The notes below the pieces were generated by a model that was given only the letters and a program-made list of their open reading frames with translations, had not been told where the DNA came from and searched no databases. A stretch of 64,000 nucleotides of DNA from the human T2T-CHM13v2.0 reference genome, Homo sapiens, in NCBI RefSeq assembly GCF_009914755.1, contig NC_060940.1; one strand, given 5' to 3'. The translations under genes and the position numbers were made by a program. This document shows, one piece after another, positions 55,381-64,000 of the stretch; the first letter of the stretch is position 1, and every line of letters begins with the position of its first letter.

Positions 55381-56947
55381 ACCACATTTTCTTTATATGG
55401 AGCACTAGCTCCAAGTTCCCAAAAGCTAGTTGATGACCATAAATGTGAGGCAATCATTTGACTGTTGTTGATCTAATTCCTGCGGATAAGCAGAAAAAAT
55501 GGATTAGAAAAAAACCCAGAGTACTCTTTGGTTTGGGAGAATAGGGAAACAGCCTAGAATGTTGTTCTCCTCTCACTCAGAGTATAGATTCTCCTCCCAG
55601 ATAACTACCCATCAATCTGATCACAGTATCATATATAATATCATATACATACACAAATATTCTTATCAGTAATGATGGTGAAAATGCTTAAAATCACTTT
55701 CCACTTTTAAGAGATTGAACACCCATAACTAAAGAGGGATTTGTTTTTTTTTCCAGGTGACTATTTGAGACCACATGTTTCTGTACACTTTTACTGAAAA
55801 TTTTTTTATCATTTCATGTTTTAAGAACAGAAATAGACATTTCCAAATCAGTCTGCGTAATCTAATCCTTCATGCTGTCATGGGCTCAGGACCAAGTGAA
55901 TTGTGCTTAAAGAAAGAAGTCCTTGCTCCTGGTGAGGAATAAGTCCTTTCCTGAAGTGGGAATAAGACTCTGTCACCCTTCTGGGCTGTTCTCCTTTCCT
56001 GCCTTTTTTGTTTGTCCCTAAAGCTTCTGTCTGGGGAATCTCTTGCCATGCCGAGGGTGGAAACACAAGGTGTCCTCCAAGCAAACTTAGAGACGCAACT
56101 CACCGTACTGTGAAAGATTTGAAGACGCAGCACTGAGCAATGATGTATAAACAGATACACAACTGGGTCCTTGTTTTAGGCTGCGGTTACTCATGTCAGC
56201 ATGCTTTCAAGTGCATATCCCTTACCAGCAGGGTTGGCAACAGACCCTTAAATCACATAGCTGAGAGTATAGACAAAGCCTCCCAATCTTGGCTCTCAAT
56301 CAGAACAAAAATTGTGCTGAGACATCCAGAGAACGCTGTACTGCTGGGAATGTTCATCTAGGGAAATCTAAAAATAGTGAGCTATTTTACTGTGGATGCC
56401 CAAGGGGACCTTAAGATAACACTTTGCCGTAAGTGAGTTTCAGGCAAAATTAATCTGCTAAAATACCAGTAGAGAAATCCTACCTAGAATGCAGTAGGAT
56501 AAATTGGACTTAAGCTCCTTGCTTGCCAATTTCTAGCAACAGGTGACCGGAGATCTGCACTAAATCCTAATCACTGGCTTACAGGGAAAGAACACAAGAT
56601 TGATTAGTTATGTCTACCATGGCAATGGAAGTGAAGAGGAGCAGTACAATTGCCATGGATTTGCAGACCCTGTTATCTGGTGTCACCATGTCAATTAAGC
56701 ATTGCCTGACTTCTTCAACTCTGTGTTAAATTCTCCATCCTTGGAAACTCCAGAGTTGTTGCCTTCTGCTTCTGACACTATTTTCTACTCTTTATCATTT
56801 ACATGTTTCTGTTTCCCCCTTCTAGACCATTAATTCGTCAAGGCAGGCAACTACATTTTATTATTGCATTTCTCTCAGATCCTAGTATATATGCCCTTCT
56901 GTCTAGACTTTTACTTATTGCAGAATTCAGCAACCAATGTCAAACAC

Positions 56948-57298
56948 TGCTATTGGTGGAATGTTGATGTCTCCCGAAAATCTGTTCATTGGAAACCAAT
57001 ACCTGACGTGATAGTAAGAGGTGGGGTCTTTAGGAAGATTAAGTCACGAGGGATCCACCCTTATTAATGGGATCAGTGTCCTCATAAAGGAGGCTCAAGG
57101 GAGCTCCCTGGCCCCTTCTGCCATGTGAGGACACAGAAGGTGCCATCTATGACGAACAGGCCCTTACCATATACCAAGTTTGCTAGTGCCTTGATTTTAG
57201 ACTTCCAAGCCTTCAGAACTGTGAGAAACAAATTTCTATTGTTTACAAATTACCCATTCTAAGGTATTTTGTTGTGGTAGCCCAAATGGACTAAGACG
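56948..57298 (+). mobile_element. MLT1A0-like LTR
   Basis: tgctattgg...ggactaagacg; perfect 5-bp TSD aacac. Confidence 0.92.
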
Positions 57299-57744
57299 AA
57301 CACTTTGTGTTGAAACTAGCTAGGCTCTGGAAGACAGGCATAAACAAAACCCTTACCATACCTTCAATTAACTCATGGCCTAGTAGACTATTGAATGAAT
57401 AACATAAATAACTATATTCTTGCTCCCTATGGGTGGGATCTATGCTAATGATCATCCTTTACAGGAGGTTGGTCTTGCATGGCTTCTGAAATAGGTTTCC
57501 GTACACATCCTATTCTAACATCATCCCAGTGAGGAAGGCAGAAAAGCAAACTGAGATCATGACATTCAAAGGTTAAAAGACTTGCCCACAGCCCCACTGT
57601 GGTGTGTTTTGACAAATAAATTGAGAAATGTTTCTGAAAGTAACCGTGAAGCAAATGAAGAAATCTTTTGCATAGCGCTGTGGCCTGAAGTCTGGCCTTT
57701 GAGAATCATCTGAGCTTTAAACACAGAGCGTTAGTCTCAGTGTC

Positions 57745-58245
57745 TATGGCAGGCTGCATAACAGCCCCCACAGCAATGTCCACATTCTTATCCCTGCAAG
57801 CTGAAAATATGTGAGGTTTTATGGCAAAGGAGAAATAACGTCGCAGATGGCTTACAAGTCGGCTGACCTTAAGATGGAACTGTAGCCTGGGTTTTTCAGG
57901 TGGATCCAGTATTATCACCAGAGCCCTTAAATGGGGAGGGGGCAGGCAGAAAAGAATGAGAGATGACAGCATGAGAACTCAGCTGGACACTGCTGGCTTT
58001 GAAGATGGAAGAAGGGGCCACAGCTAAGGAATGCAGGCAGCCCCTAAAAACCGAAAATGCAAATAAATACATTCTCCCCTAGAGCCTCCAGGAGGAGGCA
58101 GCCCTGCCAACACCTTGATTTTCACCCTGTCAGTCTCATTTTGGACTTCTGACCCCCAAAATTGTAAAATAATAAATATATTTTGTTTTAAGCCACTAAA
58201 TTTGTGGCAATTTACTACAGCTGCAATCAATAGGAATCTAATACA
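57745..58245 (+). mobile_element. MLT1D-like LTR
   Basis: ctggctttgaagatggaagaaggggcc...gttttaagccactaaatttgtggcaattt...ctaataca; TSD gtgtc/gggtc. Confidence 0.9.
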
Positions 58246-58550
58246 GGGTCTTTGTGAGCAAATCAGTTTCAAAATATCCTTTTTCACCAAGTGCACGTAT
58301 TAAGTAAGAGACTATGCACAGGGTCTCCCACCAATGCTAGCTACTTTCTAACAGAGTAGCCACCAATGCTAGCTAACTTATCCCTTCCCTTGGAAATATC
58401 ACATCCTGGGAGCCTTAAAAATAAAATCACAGTTTAAGTCATTTGTGGTCTGTCCTATTCTCTGACAACATTCAGAAACACTAAAAACAATAAACTGTCT
58501 TTTTGGGAGGAAGTCTCAAGCACAGGTCTTATTTTAAAAGCTCCTCAGGT

Positions 58551-58784
58551 GGTCAGGAGATTGAGACCATCCTGGCTAACATGGTGAAACCCTGTCTCTA
58601 CTAAAAATACAAAAAAATTAGCCGGGCGCAGGTGGCGGGCACCTGTAGTCCCAGTTACTCAGGAGGCTGAGGAAGGAGAATAGCGTGAACACGGGAAGCA
58701 GAGCTTGCAGTGAGCTGAGACAGCACCACTGCACTCTAGCCTGGGTGACAGAGCGAAACTGTCTCAATAATAAAAACAAAAAAA
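58551..58784 (+). mobile_element. AluY-like, 5'-truncated
   Basis: gagaccatcctggctaac, gcgtgaac and gagcttgcagtgagc diagnostics. TSD aaaagctcctcaggt / aaacgcacctcaggt. Confidence 0.93.
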
Positions 58785-59385
58785 CGCACCTCAGGTAATT
58801 CTAAGGTGTGATAAGGATTGGAAACACCCACAGGAAAGCTGCTAAAGAGTCCTTTGACAGCACAGGTGGGAATGCCTCAGTCTAGCCGAGACCAGAGTCC
58901 AGTCTCCCTTTCTTCTGACCCTACAGTTATCTCTATCAAGCCCACAACGTGGCTTCCCAGGTCCTTCTCCTAGATACACTGGTTTTTTAATTTTGTTTCT
59001 CATTGCAGAAAGCTCTTATCAAAAGAAAGCGGAGTCACAAGTCCAACAGATAAGAGATGAAAATGGGATTTGAAAGCCTAGAACCCGTCTGATGCATTCC
59101 ACATCTCCTCTGAACCAAGTTAAAGAGTTGCAATTATTGACTCTGTCAACCAGAGAGCTGGGCTGGAGTTGAGTAACCTAATGTAGCTTGTCCCAAACCA
59201 TATGCCACAAACCACCACAGCCTCAAGACATTCACAGGTGTTGTCTGGAAAAACAACAAGAGTGAGGATCCCATGGTCAAATACACCATCCCTGCTCTCC
59301 CACTCTTGGCTAGAGGCTCTAAGATGCCCTGCAGTTTTAAAAAATGTTAAATCTAATACTTCCTAAAGCTATTTGACCAAGTAAC

Positions 59386-59713
59386 CTTTTTTAAATTTCA
59401 ATGGGTTTTTGTGGAACAGGTGGTATTTGGTTACATTACTGTTATTTAGGGGTGATTTCTGAGATTCTGGTGAACCTATCACCCGAGCAGTATACACTGT
59501 ACAGAATGTGTGGTCTTTTATCCTTCATCCCCCTCCCGCCCTTTCCTTAAGTCCCCAAAGTCCATTATATCATTCTTAATCCTTTGCATCCTCATAGCTT
59601 AGCTCCCACTTATGAGGGAGAACATACAACGTATTATTTTCCATTCCTGAGTTACTTTGCTTAGAATAATGGTCTCCACTTCTATCCAGGTTGCTGTGAA
59701 TGCAGTTATTTCA
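59386..59713 (-). mobile_element. L1PB1-like 3' end
   Basis: ggaacaggtggtatttggttacat...cctttgcatcctcatagcttagctcccacttatgag. Confidence 0.9.
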
Positions 59714-59844
59714 CCAAGAAACAATTTTTGTAAGGAGCATCTGTCATTCAGGAGACCCAGTTTGGAAATTCCAGTTCCTTCTTTTAAAGATGAGAAATGA
59801 GGGTTTAGAGGGGACATAATTTGTCTACAAGCACTGAATCACAG

Positions 59845-60278
59845 TCTGCCAACGCCTCGTGCATCTCCTTGGCCCGTGGAAGCTCCCCAGGCCCTGATTG
59901 TCTCCAGCATGCTGGCAGCTTTCCCCTCCAATGCCTATATTTCCAGTCACTGTCAGAATTTCCTCGGGTTCCCTGGATACTTGCTGTGGGAAAGGGGAAC
60001 GATTAGAGTTGGTGCATAAACGCACTGGTTTTCCCATCCTCATGGTGGCTGTGCCCTACGTAGATTCTCAGAGGGTCTCCAGTGGGAGTGAGTCCTGGTT
60101 GTCCACTGCAGAAAGTCTGCTCATGAGTGCCTCACTGATTGGCTTTCCTCCTTTTCCTCCTTTTCCTGCCCCTAACTCTACTTCCTCACCTGTTTTTTCT
60201 GGATCCACTTCCTAATAAATTAACCACACACGAGTCCTTGTCTCAAGGCCTGCTTTGGGAGGAAACCTAAACAAAGAG
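59845..60278 (+). mobile_element. LTR16-like ERVL LTR
   Basis: attggctttcctcc...cctaataaattaacc...gagtccttgtctcaaggcctgctttgggaggaaacctaaac. Confidence 0.75.
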
Positions 60279-60604
60279 TTACTTACAATCCAAGTTAAGA
60301 ACAGTGACCTAGATGTAAGGCCCTGTTCAGACACTAAATAAATGATTTGGTTTTTATAAATGAAATCAGATTCTAGCTTAAGATTCCAAGTTTTAAACAG
60401 CCATAGACATTTCCTCCTGAGACAAAGAGCTGAATTCTACTGTCAAAATCCAGAGTTTCAGCTTTTTCTTCCTTCTAACCCCTAAAAAAAAACAAAGAAA
60501 GAAGGCTGTGTTAGAGACAAGACGTTTTGCCTTATCTTCAGAAGGTAAGAAGGGCTTCTCCACCGTGTGCCCTTTGGTGAAAGGTCACAGTCAAAAAATG
60601 TCAT

Positions 60605-60945
<341 letters not shown>

Positions 60946-62234
60946 CACTATGTCATGTTGCCAGAATTTTCTTTCAGACCTAAGAAGGAAACAGAAATGC
61001 TTAAGAAAGTTGAACTCAGGAATTTCTCAACAGGATGCACATCTGAGGTGGCTCGCGCTACCAATTTAAAAAAAAAAAAAAAACAGTGAATAAATTTGCT
61101 CAAGAAATTAGCTGTCGATAGCAGGGTTATAAAAACCTAGCCAGAGATTTTTATGTTTGGCTGAGGATCTCAAACTGTTTTCCAGATAGTTGAGGATCAG
61201 TAAACTTAACACATTTTTCTCGGCAACTTTTCCCCCCCTTTAATTTCCAAACTCTGAAATTATAAAAAACAACTTTCATATGTGTGTTTTTCTTAAATTA
61301 TTAGTTGATATCAAGCAGGCAGGTAAGCATTTTCTGGTTACTCTTAGCAGAAGGATTTTCAAGAAACCCTATTTTGGTATATTTGATTTTCCCTATATTT
61401 GAATTGTACACACTTCTGGCATGTGGATGGGGAGCATTTACGCTTGAAATCTTATGAGAGATGCCTCTGCTTTCACAGAGGCAGGGAGCCCAGTTGGGCG
61501 GGGGATGTGGGGCGGGGGTGGCAGGGATGGGGGGCGTCTAGGCAATCTGGCCTTAAAGAGCTGACAAGGAGAGAAAATACTTATCAAAGTGGGAAAAATA
61601 CAGCTCCTTTCCTTTACCTCCAAGAAGACCGATAATGACCAAGAACAGTTGGTTAGCAGTCAGAACAGGCATTACCATCAGATAAGTTGTTAGAATCCAT
61701 CTGCTCAGCTCTAAGTGTTTTAAGAACTGACTGGATCCACAGTTGTGTGCTTCAAAACACAACTCTATCTGACTGCTCTTCATCAAAAGTTATAATCACC
61801 TGGGAATCGGTTCCTCAGAAGGATTGCTCTAGTGCCCCATGAGGGTGTGACCTGTCACTCACTCTTTCTTCGTCGCCTGCTTGATCCTCAGCTTTTGTCA
61901 GGCCCGTTGCCAGAAACTTCCCTCTATCCTGTTGTCTCACCCCAAACCCAGACAAATAACCAAACCATCTGACTCTCTCTTTGCTTGGCTTTGAAATCAA
62001 ATTTACTTCTGAAAGGTAGGAGAAACCATCTGGTGGCATTGTTTCCACCTTCCTTGGCCTCCTACTTCCTTGGAAGTATAGAAAGGACCCAGTCAAAGAT
62101 ACTAGCTCTTTTCTACACTTCCACCTCTCATACCTTCAGCCAAGCCCTCTCCCCATAGACTTTCCACCAGCTCCATACAATATCCATAACCCTTCAGGTA
62201 CAAAGCACCCCCTGAAGATTACATAGGAAATACC

Positions 62235-62744
62235 TGTATTGGTAAGCAGATTCTCCATAGAGCAGAACCAAGAAGACATAGGGAAATATATAGAAATATT
62301 TATTACCAGTGATTGGCTCATGTGTTTATGAAGTCTGAGAAGTCCCACAATCTGCATACTGCAAGCTGGAGGCCCAGGAACACTACTGATGTAGTCCTAG
62401 TCCAACCCCAAGGGCCTGAGAACCAGAGGAGCCCATGGTAAAAGTCCCAGTTCAAGTCCAAAGGCCCAAGAACCATGAGCACTGATGTCTAAGGGCAGGA
62501 AAATATGGATGTCCCAGCTCAAGCAGGGAGTGAATCTGCCTTTCCTCAGCCTTTTTGTCCTACTTGGGCCCTTGATGAACTGGATGATGCCATCCCCATT
62601 GGCACAGGTGGCTCTTCACTCAGTCTACCAATTCAAATACTCATCTCTTCCAGAAACACCCTCAAAGACACACCCAGAAATAATGTTTTACCATCTCTCT
62701 GGGCATCGCTTAACCCGGTCAAGTTGACACAAAATTAACCATCA
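62235..62744 (-). mobile_element. MLT2B-like ERVL LTR
   Basis: gattggctcatg...gaagtcccacaatctgc...gacacacccagaaataatg...gtcaagttgacacaaaattaaccatca. Confidence 0.9.
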
Positions 62745-63214
62745 GTCTCCCACAAACAATGCTTTAAGAGGGAGATACAAAACATTCTCTTTAACCAAAA
62801 GTAACTCCCTCAGAAATTGGTCATGGGACCAAAAAGTCCATCACTCAACTCATTTCTCTGGATGAATTAAAAACTCAAAAGGCAACTGACTAGGGAGATG
62901 GCAAACATAGGAAGTTATTATCAGCCATAAGCCCTCCAGCTACAATGAACTTATCAGATTTGCTCTGTCCACCAGCAAGCTTGATGAAATGGGATCTTGG
63001 ACACCAAATGCACGTTTGGGGATCTAAAAAGGAAAAATGCCTGGGGCCCAAGGTGCTGAGCAATCTAAGTGGTTTTCCTTAGTTATGAGACTAATGGGGA
63101 GGAGGCAATCACTACACAACACGGGTAATACATGCCCAGAGAAAGAACATAACCCAAAGGAGAAAACACATGCAGAGGTAGGAAAAGACGGTGATGATGA
63201 TAATCAAATCAGTA

Positions 63215-63415
63215 GCCACAGCTACCATTCAGTGAGAAGGCACAATGTCAGGCACTTAGCATACATTAGCTTATTCAATTTTCATGATCCATATGCTAAA
63301 CAGATATTCTCAGTTCCATTTTACAGATGAGTAAATTGAGGCTCATAGACAATTCATTTCTTACCTAGTCATACAATAAGTGGTAGGTTTAGGGTTCAAA
63401 CCCAGATTCCTCTCC
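63215..63415 (-). mobile_element. MIR
   Basis: ccattttacagatgagtaaattgaggctca...gggttcaaacccag. Confidence 0.8.
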
Positions 63416-63879
63416 AATGGTTGTCATTATTCCATTTGACTATACTATCTTCCTAACAATGCAACAGTTATAGTTAGGGAGCACATGTGGTTTCTCATGG
63501 AAGAAGAAAAAATGTAGGGGGAAACCCCCACTAGATTTCTCTAAAGTCTTGGCCTAGAACAATGAAAATGCTAGGGAACTAAACTGATGATTGCTCCTTG
63601 GCCTCACACCTCACCATTTACCTAAGTCTATGGCTCCCAACTGGGGACTCAGTTGTTGCATGGGATCTGCGTGTCCATATGCACACTAACCCCTGTCTGC
63701 AGACAAAATACATCATGCACATATCAAGATATTTCTGTAATTAGTCATATACCAGTTGATTCTAAAATGTTATTGAATTCACAAGATATTTATCATTGTA
63801 TATTTTCAAACCTAGGAATATTAAAAGTATAATTAGAATCATGTGGGATAGAGGTATTTGTCATTAAAAGGGGATTTTC

Positions 63880-64000
63880 AATTCTACAATCCAGAAATTC
63901 CATTCCTAGATATTTACTCAACAGAAATGCATCAATCCGCTCATCAATAATTGACATTGTGCAGTAACAGTCATAGCAGCATATTCACAATTTCCCCCAA
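63880..64000 (+). mobile_element. L1M ORF2/3' fragment running off the window
   Basis: atccagaaattccattcctagatatttactcaacagaaatg...catagcagcatattcacaat. Confidence 0.7.

Noticed and set aside
61040-61084. GGTGGCTCGCGC followed by a poly-A run, a possible mini-retrocopy
   Set aside because: Too short, no convincing TSD and no identifiable source RNA.

Overview
This is non-coding primate genomic DNA (catarrhine, most likely human, based on AluJ/S/Y, THE1/MST and L1PB content), either intergenic or deep intronic. I cannot place the locus. I found no supportable protein-coding exon, RNA gene, CpG island or CRISPR-like array. The supplied ORFs are short chance frames or read-through of Alu, L1 or LTR sequence. 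A large part of the window is interspersed repeat: about 26 Alu copies or fragments, several old L1M and L1PB pieces, solo LTRs (ERV1, ERVL, MaLR), DNA-transposon MERs, MIR and L2. Subfamily names come from recalled consensus motifs, not from RepeatMasker. The points most worth a second look are: a motif-dense candidate promoter/enhancer at about 3.5-4.25 kb with a strong CTCF-like site at 2.55 kb; two multi-layer nested insertions (L1>LTR>Alu at 17-21 kb; MLT1B>THE1/MLT1A0/inverted Alu pair at 50-51.7 kb); a micro-inversion of a MIR core at 35.33-35.39 kb; a deletion scar at 23.5-23.7 kb; and a G4/GC-box tract at 61.5 kb. I see no evidence for a new biological system in this window.
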